Origin: Eledone cirrhosa
Lineage: Eukaryota
Direction: 5' to 3'
Length of the DNA: 64,000 nucleotides
Assembly: GCA_964016885.1 (NCBI GenBank)
Contig: OZ024740.1
Location: 223,820,001-223,884,000 of the forward strand
Positions 41,861 through 53,076 of this stretch are shown here, in pieces; positions within the stretch are counted from its first letter, which is position 1; every line of letters starts with the position of its first letter. Below the pieces are notes generated by a model. That model had not been told where the DNA came from. It did not search any database and saw only the letters and a list, made by a program, of their open reading frames with translations. The position numbers and the translations under genes were made by a program.

Positions 41861-44800
41861 AAAGAATCACGAAAGCTGAGCTAGTCAAGGCGATCCTTGG
41901 TGAAGTTCCCCACGATACTCATAGTTTGAATGTGCCAATAACAATCCAGAACAGACTTTTCACAATGGAATTGGACACAGCTACTACAAGCAATTTTGTT
42001 TCCTTGTCAGTTTGGAAACAATTAGGAAAACCGAAGCTGCAAGATGTCAAACATCGGTTTGAATCTGCCAGCAAGCACGACCTGCCCGTTCTGCGAACTT
42101 TCATGGGCCAAACCAAGGATCCAACGACCGGTAAACGGAATTCAATACCCTACATCGTCACCAAGATCCCTGATCTTAATTTGCTGGGACGAAACGTTAT
42201 CCAGACTCTGGGAATTTCCGTGGACAATGCTCTAGGATTGAAAAGCATAGACAGCCAGGCCAAGAGTGAGGGTGCAGAAGTGATGCATCCAAAGACCTCA
42301 AATGAGCCCTATATTTCCATGCAACGAGATTGTCACAACATGTGTGATGAATTCCCAGATCTCTTCAAGCAAGAATTGGGATGTCTTAATGACTTCGAAC
42401 TGGAAGTGAAGTTCAAGTCGGACGCGACACCGGTCTTTCACAAAGCACGCCCGGTCCCGTTTGCTCTTCGTGATGACCTGGCCAAAGGTTACGAAGAAGG
42501 CATCGCCAAAGGAATATGGAAGCCAGTACAGTTCAACGAATACGGAACGCCAGTGGTACCGATTCGTAAAGCACATACTTCAGGCAACCTGAAGCCCAAA
42601 CTACGGATTAGTGGTGACTACTCTGTTGGAATTAATGACCAACTTGCAGATCATCGTCATCCAATGCCACTCCCAGAGGAACTGATGCAGAAGCTCGGAG
42701 GTGGATTCTGATCCACAAAGATTGATCTTGCTGATGCCTATCATCAGATCAAGCTGCCTCCAGTAAGTCAACGCAGGCTTGCACTCAGCACTCACCGTGG
42801 GGTGCTCCAGCAGGAACGACTCCCTTTCGGAATCAAGTCAGCACCTGGTTACTTTCAGGAGATCATGGAAAACCTGACTCAAGATCTACCTGGTGTGGCC
42901 GTCTTCCAGGACGACATGCTCGTCAGTGGGAAAGATGCAAACGATCACCTGGACAACCTAAAGTGTCTGCTCACACGTCTGTGCGACAAAGGACTCAGAT
43001 GTCGCCGTGACAAGTGCCAGTTTGCACTACCCAGTGTGGAATACCTTGGACACACCTTGTCGGCTGAAGGGATCGCGAAGGGATCCAAGGTTGAAGCAGT
43101 TTTAAAGATGCCACCTCCAACGAACGTCTCAAGCTTAAAGTCTTTCCTGGGTTCAGTTCAGTTCTATGGAAAGTTTATCCCAAACCTGGCCAGCATGGCA
43201 GAGCCACTCTATTGCCTTACGAAAAAAAACCACTACTTGGAAGTGGGGAGAAGAAGAACTGTCAGCTTTCGATCATTCGAAAAATGTGCTTTCATCGGAT
43301 CGAGTTCTGATACACTTCGATCCAAACAAAACTTTGGGACTGGCTTGCGACACGTCAAACGTTGGTATTGGAGCAGTCCTGTTTCATCGCTATCCTGATG
43401 GAAGCGAGCGCCCAATATCCAATGTGTCCAAGACTCTTACTTCTGCACAGCGTAACTACGGCCAAATTCAAAAGGATGCCCTAGCCATCATATTTGGCTT
43501 GCAGAAGTTCTATCAGTATCTGTACGGACATCAGTTTATACTCGTAACTGACCACAAGCCACTGATATCACTGTTCAGTCCGAGGAAAGGGACGCCACTT
43601 CTCGCTGCTAACCGACTAACACGGTGGGCCCTGTGGCTGAACTAGTTTGACTACACCATCGAATATCGGAAAACAGCGGATCATGGCAATGCAGATGCCC
43701 TCAGTCGCTTGCGATTTGGTAATGACATCGACTTTGAAAGGAAGGAAAATGGTGAAGACATGGACATGGTGTGCGCCATCAAATCTCTCGGTCTTCAAGT
43801 CCAACCTATCGATGCTAACGTCCTCCGTCAAGAGTCAGGAAAAGATCCAGTGATATCTACAGTGATACGTTACGTCCGTGAAGGCTGACCACCAAAGAAT
43901 ACTGAGATCAATGACGAAGTCAATAAGTTCCGGAGGTTATCGGATTCACTCAGTATCCGCCACGGATGCCTTATCCATGGATCGAGAGTTGTGATTCCAC
44001 ATAGCTTACAGCCAAAGATCCTCAATCTTCTGCATCTCGGACACTTTGGCATGGAGCGCATGAAACAATTGGCAAGAACTGCTGTTTATTGGCCTGGTAT
44101 CGATGCTGCTATATGGAAAACCAGTCGACAATGTGATTCGTGTGGTGAACATCAAAACCAGCCATCCAAGTCTCCAGTTAACCCATCGATGTTACCTGAA
44201 AAGCCGTGGAGCCGCTTACACCTGGACCACGCAATAAATTTCATGGGCAGTAATTGGTTGGTCATCACGGATGCTTATTCCAAGTATCCATGCATTCATC
44301 TACGTCATCCACGTCCTCCAGAGCCACTTTAGATCTGCTTGTGGAAGAATTTGCGCACTTCGGATTTCCTCACACGCTAGTCACCGATAACGCACCAACT
44401 TTTATTTCTGAGGAGTTCCAGAGCTGGTGCAAATAACGTGGGATCACGCACCTGACAGGGGCACCTTACCACCCAGCTACCAACGGAGCAGCGGAACGTT
44501 TGATGCAGACCTTCAAACAAGCTCTGAGGAAGACTTCTCTTCCGCCGAAGCGAGCACTTCAAGAGTTCTTGATGCAGTACCGGAGAACACCGACATCCAG
44601 TGGATTCTCTCCGAGTGAACTTTTGAATCACCGGCAGATACGGACAAGGATTGATTCTCTCCTGCCCTCGCCAGCACACATCGCTCAAGGCAAGCAGTCT
44701 AAGGAAGCATATAAATCTCAGATGACTCCGGACTCGGCAGGTGTCGCTAAGGTTACCAGGCGGTACAAGGCTGGAGATCCCGTGTATGCACTGTACTACG

Positions 44801-45012
44801 GACCTCGCCGAGACAAAGATCCCCGATGGGTACCAGCAATCATTAAGAAGTCATTGGGTACTCGCTGCTTCAACGATAAGGTCATACTTCATGGCCCGGT
44901 GTGGAGACGACACTGGGAACAGCTGCAACCACGGTACACTACTGAGGAAGACAATGAACCTGGTGATGCAGTAGACACTGTTTTTGAATTTGCAACAGAT
45001 CACCCGATGTAG
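41806..45012 (+). pseudogene. pol: Gypsy pol: protease, RT, RNase H, integrase (several stops/frameshifts)
   Basis: MELDTA, LLGRN, RLPFGIKSAPGYFQ, FQDD, LACDTS..GIGAVL, TDHKPL, H-x3-H..CDSC, LHLDHA, VTDNA, NGAAER. Confidence 0.93.
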
Positions 45013-45178
45013 ATCTCGGAAATCGTGCCACTAACTCCAAGACAGACCAGACCCAAGATCTTGTTGCCCGTTCCAGAGTATGGACCAGACAATCGAAGAC
45101 GGTCCAAGAGAACTCGTAAGCCCCCAGAGAGACTTTGCTGTTGATGCTTCTTTTGTCGCATCAATTTCGGTGGGGAGG

Positions 45179-45458
45179 TGTTGTATGAACTGGGAATCGA
45201 ACTCACAACCTCATTGTTGTATGGACTGTTAAATTCGTTTTATTCAATTTACACGTGCTCACACATTTGCATATGAATCACGTGACCTGGGCAGTCAGTC
45301 AGCGTTGGTATTAAAAACTTGGTCACAGACTGCTGCAGGGACTTACTTCATGTTATTCTGCTACCGTGAGGAGGGGGTTTTTGGTTATTTCGTACAGTAC
45401 ACAAATTATTTGATATAACTCGTTGTGTTTTCTCTGCGAGTACCGAGAGGAATACAAC
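45179..45458 (+). repeat. 3' LTR
   Basis: Follows the PPT; copy of 40435-40715; terminal base(s) deleted. Confidence 0.95.
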
Positions 45459-46743
45459 TACACTAAAACAAAAAGGTTTGTATTGTAAAACCAGGGGTAG
45501 TTAGAGGTAGTTTTATATTAAATGGGTTAAACCAAGGTTGTCTGCTAAAACACCAAACATTTTCCAGCTGTTACAGCTGTAACTTGTAACTTAATAACAA
45601 TGCAAAATCTTTGGAGATTAAAATATGATATTTTAATACAACATTGAAAGACATTTGGCTATTTGAAAATTAATAGTACCAATTACCTTTCAATTCTATT
45701 TCAGAAATTTTAAAATAATTTTCCTGTATCATTTATTAATAAGATTCATATTTTTCATCTTCCATGTTGTTATTGTTATTTTGTAATTAGAAACACATCC
45801 AAGAATTTAAAATTAAAAAAAGTGTGTCTACTTTTGTTTTGTCATAGGTATAAATAATCACTGCCAATACCTTCAAAGAACAATTAGACATACCCTTATT
45901 TCAATCAATTAATCTATTTAATCAGCTGTGTAAATTAATTTTCAAATTAATTCTTTATTTTAATTTTCTCTCTAGATTATAGGATTAAATCTCCAAAATG
46001 CAAACTGCAAAAATAATTAGTTGCTACAGGGCACTTAAAAAACTCTGACTATATGAATCTCAATTCATTATGAAAGGGTTAAAAAAGAAGGGGATTGTGT
46101 TTTATCAGTAACATTCCTGTTTATTAATCTTCTTAAATATTATTAGAGAAAATATTTTAAATTGTTTAGCTTTTATCATAAATTTCCCTGCTTCATTAAA
46201 CAAATTTGCATAAATTAACAAATACAAAAGAAAATAATTATTTAATATAGAATGTGATTTAATACTGAATAAAATTGTACACTGCTTTACAATTTTACTA
46301 TATCTTTTAATGTTATATTTAAATTTTTTATTACATGGTTTCAGTTAGAGAAAGATTCTGTGATCCAAAACAGCTTGATATATTTAGCATATATGTCTTA
46401 CAATTATAATCTGACCTGATTAACACAATTCTTTTTTGCAAGAGAAGTTGCTCACTATCTCCCCATATCTCATTAATATTACATATTGTCTCTGTATTTA
46501 TTTCTTGGTAGCAGATAACAATAAGTAAAGTCAATGCAGACAGGATTTATAATTAAGAGTATAATGTACAAGGTGAATTGACCTTCAATTGAGTCACTCT
46601 ATTGAAAATTGTTTATACATTAAAAATGCCTCAAACCACATGGTATCTCATTTAATTTTATTGCAGGTGTCTTCTATGAATGTGGAAGAAGAAAATTATG
46701 AGAAAACCCATATATATATATATTTATTAAAATAACAGATTAA

Positions 46744-46794
46744 AGTTTAAGCAAAGAATCAGTGCTTTCACCCTTAACGGGATCTTCTGAAACT
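46744..46794 (-). ncRNA. Type I hammerhead-like motif with CAGAAGA core at the PLE3 3' end
   Basis: AGTTT-CAGAAGA-TCCC-GTTAA-GGGT-GAAA-GCA..TGC-TT-AAACT, then AATAAA and (TA)n. Confidence 0.7.
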
Positions 46795-47681
46795 AAAAAA
46801 ATCAATCTGTGAACGCAGAAGTAAATATTTCGAAAAACGTTGCAACCGAAGGAAAATAAGAAGACGATACTTTGGTTCGTGGAGACGTTCCCTAGCAATG
46901 AACGGAAAAAAGCGAAGATAAAACGTCATTATGTGGAGCGGGGGAGAACAATTACACGCAAAGACAAAACCACGTTTATGGTATAAATGAAGTCGTAGAC
47001 TAATATTATATTTAGGAAACCGAATGATTCTCGGCTTCAGAGTTAAGAATAATGTAAATAAATTAGTAGACCGAAAATGACAGAGGTTATTGAAATCAAC
47101 AATAATTAAATATGTACATACACGCATCCAAATATGTACATACACATGCATACGGGAAAAGAGCCGCCATGGTATGCATATACAAGCACGTACATATAAT
47201 CACGCGCACACATACAAAAACCTGTGCGACACCTGTACCCATACATACAAACGTATACACCAAATACACATAAAAAATATATATGTGAATGTGTGTGCGT
47301 GTATACATATAATTATATAAACGTATATAAATATACAGACATAAATACGTATATAACACACGCAGACACATATCTACAGGTAAATACACATGTTCACCAA
47401 ACGTACGTCAACCAAAACACAATGTACACATATACACACCTTACATACGAGCATACACACACAAACACAAAATACACATATGCACATAGCCATATACCAG
47501 TATATATAATATAATATCTACATCTATAACAAATACAAGCAAATATACGTACGAGAAAGTATACGTACCTTCACAAAACATACGGGTAATGTATACTTAC
47601 CAATACAAATAAATAATGGTATAAACATAAAATATACTTAGCTACGACGTCAAGATGTAAATTATCCGCGTATTGTTCGTA

Positions 47682-49780
47682 CTATCCGTTAGGATATAAT
47701 GTGGGTCTGTAATACAGGAAAGTTTTATGCAATTTATGTTTACAAGTCGAAATTACCTCAGATGTTTTGTTTAAGATGTGATCATTGGCGTGGAGTATTT
47801 CCAGGGCTTCAGCGGCGCAAAGATCGCATGGTCTTTTATTTCCCTTATACGATCTAACCTTAGCTAGGATCTCCCAGTGTGACCTATATTGGGTGTGGTT
47901 GTCTTTTAGACTCCAGATATAAGCTGAAAGTTACGTCATATTCCGTCTTAAAGGGTTAAGAAAAGAATGGGTGTGCATGTAAAGAGGCCGCTTGAATCTA
48001 TTAGCGGTTAACCCTATATAAGCCCTACGGTATGTGGGTGTTTCGACCTTACATTTGTAGACAATGTTACTGGAGAGGCATTTCCCGGATAGGGGACAGT
48101 CAACCCGATTCCTACAATTACAGTTAGTACAGGCTACGGCGCTGTACGTGTTCCTACGGCTAGGTAAACTAGCTAAATTTGAAGCAGTGATATTATGTTC
48201 AAGGTTAGGAGTCGTAGAGTAAGACATTTTAATGGTATTTCTATTAAAACTTTTATTATATTTATGTGCTGTGGGAAAATGCTTCTTAATAAGGGAGAGA
48301 ACGATCTTAGCTAATGGTGTGGTCACCTCCATATTAAATGGTGGGTCATATCATATAATGCGTTGGGATCTATTTTTACTTGGTCTATGCTCATACTTAG
48401 TATATGTTACCTTATCGACAAATCCACTCCGAGAAAGAGCTTCATTGTAATATGTGGAATGGTCGTTGAAAATATACTCGTTTGTAGATAGACGGGAAAG
48501 CCTCAAAGAAACGTCTCTTACCAGGTTCTTGGTTATGCTGGCAGGATGGTTATAATGCTTACTTATGTAATTAAGCGTATCATTCGGCTTTCTATACGAG
48601 TAGTGCAAACCATTCGACAAATTGAGGGTAACGTCGAGGTAATTAACGACCGAGAGGTTGGCCTCAACCTGTATGTAGAGGTTGAAGACTTTACAGAAGG
48701 CTGTGAGTTCTTTTCTGAACCTGTCACAAGAGCGTGGACCGCACTTTGTCATGGTCTAAAGACCGTCCTCACGGTACAAACCCCCGCCCACATTGGGGAA
48801 TTCTTCCTTGATAGAGAAAAGAAGGAAAAGGCTGATAAGAATAGTAACTTCCGCGGAATCGCTGGCGCCCATACTCACGTCGAATGAGGTACTATTAGAT
48901 GTTTTAATCCAAATAGAGTCGTCGAAATTAATCACCGACTTACAGGTATTGAGGATGACATCAACTTCGAAATCCTTAACCTCCGTGTGCGTTTTAGCGA
49001 AATTGATAGCTCTAAGAAGAAGTGGTAAAGTGATGGAGGAGGAGTAATTATTGATGTCAAATTGGATAAAACGGCAATGTTCTTTGTTGCATATGCCATT
49101 GAACCAATCAATCACCGCGAAAGAATTGTTCCACAGTGCAAGAGGTGACAAGCTTCTAATTTCAGGTATAATTCTATCTAAAATCCTTTTACTAAGTCTA
49201 CATAAATCGGACTTCGTAGGGTTAATAAGCCGAATAGAGGGGTTGTTGGCGAAATTGGGTTTGTGATTATTCAGGGTAAAAGCGGGGAGAAATAGGGTCC
49301 AAAGGTACAGTCTGGTCCTGGATGTTGAGTTCAGAGGTGATTTTAAACCCAGCATCGTTGATGTCATTAATGACACTCCGATTAGTTTTGCGGTAATCCT
49401 TATTTACAGCATTATGTATCAGTCGATGGTAAGTACTGCGCTCCACTTGATATAGGTTTCCAGTTTTGTCGGAGTGGAAGTGCACTGCATTAGAATCCTT
49501 AATAGAACGAATTCTATTCTTCAGGTCATGCTGGAAGGAATTGCTCCTATTCCGAAATTTGATACTCTGTATGAATCCCAAGACATCGTTTGCAAAGGGT
49601 AACAATGCCGGGATACTCAGAGGGTTATTATAAGTTTTAAACACAAATTTATCCCGTTTATTGTCCGTTTTTTCCTGATTATCGAAATAAAGGGCACGCC
49701 AACGCAACCTTTTAAAGAACGAGTCCGTTTTCAGTATCAGGACTTTTAGGTATGTCTTCCTGCTTGGTACGGGTATGTTC
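47682..49780 (-). pseudogene. PLE RT plus GIY-YIG endonuclease ORF (stops and frameshift)
   Basis: NIPVPS..RLRWRA, SDKTGNLY, HKPNF..RLINPTKS, FIQFDI, FDVSMGASDSAEV, GLYREDGL, NYLDVTLNL, NCNCR..CPLSGKC, IVY..AYIG, CDLC..E, LNK.SE...CKH. Confidence 0.92.
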
Positions 49781-49818
49781 GAAATATTTACTTCCTCGTT
49801 CACAGATTGATTTTTTTT

Positions 49819-49869
49819 AGTTTCAGAAGATTCCGTTAAGGATGAAAGCAGCGATTATTTGCTTGAACT
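49819..49869 (+). ncRNA. Second copy of the CAGAAGA hammerhead in the inverted pLTR
   Basis: AGTTT-CAGAAGA-TTCC-GTTAA-GGAT-GAAA-GCAG..TTGC-TT-GAACT; compensatory C-G to U-A pair in stem II. Confidence 0.7.
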
Positions 49870-49980
49870 TTAATCTGTTATTTTAATAAATATTTGCTCT
49901 AGGGTTCTTATATATTTTCCTTATCGAGCCCTCTTAAGATTTTAGTAGTCTTCAAATTTATTATTATTACTATATATATA

Positions 49981-50077
<97 letters not shown>

Positions 50078-50131
50078 CGTTTCTGAATTTGTTTAGCAAG
50101 ATTCTTTATCTGAAATCGTGTGTTGAAACCG

Positions 50132-50286
50132 ATATTGTTATACTTTGGGAGGGTCATGTTGCCGATAAGAACCAACCAACCAGAAATTTATAAATTTATA
50201 AATTTTTTATAAATTTATTATAATAAATTGAAGTGAAGCTTCTGGTGCGTGTGTTTCTTATTGGCAACATGACCCTCCCAAAGTAT

Positions 50287-50294
<8 letters not shown>
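50132..50294. repeat. Short inverted repeat (~54-bp arms) between (TA)n tracts
   Basis: 50132-50171 versus 50255-50294 with one mismatch, extending imperfectly inward. Confidence 0.9.
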
Positions 50295-50350
<56 letters not shown>

Positions 50351-50499
50351 ATATATGTGTATATATATATATATACATATATATACATATATGTGTGTGT
50401 GTGTCTCTGTCTGTCTGTCTGTGTTTTCATATGGACACCTGCATAAACAGGGCTGTATATATAAGAACTTTCAACAAATTTTCTATTAAACATTTGTAG

Positions 50500-50670
50500 C
50501 TTCTTCTTTTCCTTCTTCTCCTTCTCTCCCTCCTACTGGGAGGGTCGTGGGGCAAAATCCTAAAACATTCCATACTCCGGGTCCTGTTAGAAGTAACTGT
50601 CTCCAACTTATCTTGCTGGATCCTCAAGCAAGACCAGCCAATCTCATGGATGTTATCCAACGAGTATCCA
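50500..50670 (-). mobile_element. RTE family C 3' tip
   Basis: LDNIHEIGWSCLRIQ; GAA-rich tail. Confidence 0.7.
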
Positions 50671-51296
50671 ATTGTTAAGATTTTCTCCCTTTTGAACCCT
50701 CTTTGGGTTCTCGGGATATGCAACCTTTGTGCCTCCATCCTACATCTTCCAGGACAGATCACGGTACAATCGCCAGTTTTTGTGGCATGAAATGGAGACT
50801 GCAATATATTTTTGGCGTATATAATTAATACACGTAAATTTCAGTATTTCATAATTGGTATCTTTTCCATCCTCTGTATTAGATATCCACACACCTTCCA
50901 TTCAAGTTTCATGTGGGTTGGGATAAGTTATTGAAATGGTTATACAATAATAATTAAAAATATAAAAAATTGTATTATCATCATCATTTTGCATCCACTT
51001 TTCCCTGCCTGCAATGGTGGGATGTGTCCTATTCAGCACATCATCTCTCCATTTGTCACAGTCCTTTGTTTCTCTGTATGTCTGTATATATATATATATA
51101 GTATTAAGGATACTATTTATGGTTATGTATATACCTTTTATAGTTATATATATTTTAAACCCTAAACAGTGAAAGACAGTAATTTATTACTACCTTATTA
51201 CCAATAAGATGGATTGCTCAATGTAATAACATCAGTTGTTCTACAGAGCAGTTATATAGAAATTACATGAATCAAAGTTCTGTTCAAACCATTTAT

Positions 51297-51345
51297 TAGC
51301 TTACAATTGTTTCGTCCAAACCGAGGTTTGGAGTCTTCGGTGCAA
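51297..51345 (-). ncRNA. Type I hammerhead (core CCGAAGA; stem I partly decayed)
   Basis: CCGAAGA-CTCCAAACC-TC-GGTTTGGAC-GAAA-CAATTG-TA-AGCTA-ATAAA. Confidence 0.7.
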
Positions 51346-51998
51346 TTTTTCAATAATTGTTTACATACATGACCTCCTTTCCAACACAAGAGACATACAG
51401 GAACATATGTATATATCGATGCACAGTGCATTGACATCCATTATAATATGTTAGCATGGCAATTTACATTCAGATATTAAAATCATATTAAAAGAAAATT
51501 AAAACAAAATTAAAGTTAAAATACAACTTCGGCAGTTTACGAAGATAATGCAAGAGGATAGTTTGAAGTAGTTAGTGTATGCAATAGTTACACGTGGGGC
51601 ATGCACGTGTGTCTTATTTATATAAGATGTGTTATATGGAATACAAGCACTTTAAGCGGACAATCAAGAGTATTATGGGGGTTGTATTGGTAAAGTATTT
51701 TTTATGTATGATATAGAAGCTTGTGTGCAGAGAAATATTGTAACTATAACGTGTAACTATTGCATACACTAACTACTTCAAACTATCCTCTTGCATTATC
51801 TTCGTAAACTGCCGATGTTGTATTTTAACTATAATTTAGTTTTAATTTTCTTTTAATATGATTTTAATCTCTTAATGTAAATTGCCATGCTAAAATATTA
51901 TAATGGATGTCAACCCACTGTGCATCGATATATACATATGTTTCTGTATGTCTCTTGTGTTGGAAAGGAGGTCATGTATGTAAACAATTATTGAAAAA

Positions 51999-52047
51999 TA
52001 GCTCAGAAGAATCCAAACCTCGGTTTGGACGAAACAATCGTAAGCTA
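51999..52047 (+). ncRNA. Type I hammerhead (core CAGAAGA)
   Basis: TAGCT-CAGAAGA-ATCCAAACC-TC-GGTTTGGAC-GAAA-CAATCG-TA-AGCTA; GUA triplet; AATAAA overlaps the end. Confidence 0.75.
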
Positions 52048-52695
52048 ATAAATGGTTTGAACAGAACTTTGATTCATGTAAATAACAGATTAAAGTTTAA
52101 GCAAAGAATCGCTGCTTTCACCCTTAACGGGATCTTCTGATTATTATTATTATTATTAATATATAAAGTATATAAAATAAAGTAGCAGTAATGTAGTGGA
52201 TTATTGCTGGCATTGTGCCAAAAGTAAAAACAATTATTAATATATATATATATATATATTTATTTATTTATATTTTATCAGCAATATTTGAATTGAAATG
52301 GAGGTGGCAAATTGACAGAAAGATTAAACATTCAAATTAAATGCCTCAGTATTTGTTCTGGTTTTCTGAGTTCAAATCCCACCATTAGCAATGGAAATAA
52401 CAATGGATGCATAGTTTTCTTATTCTGATCTGACAATTGACTTTTCTATTTTCTCTATGTTTGTAAGTGTTCAAAAGTGTGTGTGTGTGAGAGGGAGATA
52501 GATAGAGAAAGAGGGATAAAGCGTGAGAATGGACGGGAGTGTAAGAGATTTGACTGTTAATTAAACTGAAGTTTTTAACAAAAAAACAAAATGAGTTATA
52601 TATATTTTTTCTTTCTTTGTATATGATTTATTCATACGGTGTACAAAAGTAAAATTGTTATTTTTTTCTTTTGAAGAAACAGACCTCTGATAAAA

Positions 52696-52879
52696 TAATT
52701 GTTTCTACTTTTGGCACAAGGCCAGAAATTACCCAGTGCATTACTGGTACTTTATTTCATCGACCCCGTGAGGATGAAAAACAAAGTTAACCTCGGCGGG
52801 ATTTTAACTAAGAATGGCAAAGGCCGTAACTCTATGCATCAAAGCATGGCGTCCGACCCTCTACCGATACTGCGAATCC
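52696..52879 (-). mobile_element. tRNA-derived SINE
   Basis: Reverse complement of the 26870-27061 family. Confidence 0.85.
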
Positions 52880-53076
52880 AAAATAATGTTCAGTCATGTT
52901 CATCCTGTCTTTTTTTATACATTTCATTTTTGAGATAATGGGTGTGATATTTGGGTGAATTTGGCTGCTATTTCTAAGAGAATAAGTGATCACATCACGT
53001 CTCCCTTGTTGGCTGCTTGCAAAAATAATAGTCGCACCTTATATGGGCTGATATACATAAATATAACTATAGAATA

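Larger units (their letters stand above)
40435..45458 (+). mobile_element. Full-length decayed Ty3/Gypsy LTR retrotransposon (Mag-like)
   Basis: Two ~280-bp LTRs, PBS, gag with two Zn knuckles, PR-RT-RH-IN order, PPT GGTGGGGAGG 45169-45178, probable TSD CTAC/ACTAC. Confidence 0.96.
46721..49970 (-). mobile_element. Near full-length Penelope-like element 3 (Naiad-like) with inverted 5' pLTR
   Basis: Minus ORF pieces from N-terminus to GIY-YIG; 3' terminus 46721-46834 repeated in inverted orientation at 49778-49892; (TA)n on both sides. Confidence 0.92.
51263..52140. mobile_element. Palindromic non-coding PLE-terminus (pLTR) structure with three hammerhead motifs
   Basis: 333-bp inverted arms 51263-51595 / 51749-52081, 153-bp spacer; 52081-52140 matches the PLE3 terminus. 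Confidence 0.8.

Noticed and set aside
46331-46710. Cys-containing minus ORF and a strong plus-strand acceptor (TTGCAG at ~46667)
   Set aside because: No ATG or homology for the ORF; the candidate exon runs into (TA)n with no donor
46995-47047. Second hammerhead in the PLE3 3' region (minus; CTGAAG plus GAAGCCGA/TCGGTTTC hairpin)
   Set aside because: Needs a core deletion and GAAA to TAAA; too degenerate to call
49905-49960. TTGAAGA...GAAA on minus as a hammerhead
   Set aside because: No stem I complementarity and positions 3 and 8 are not Watson-Crick
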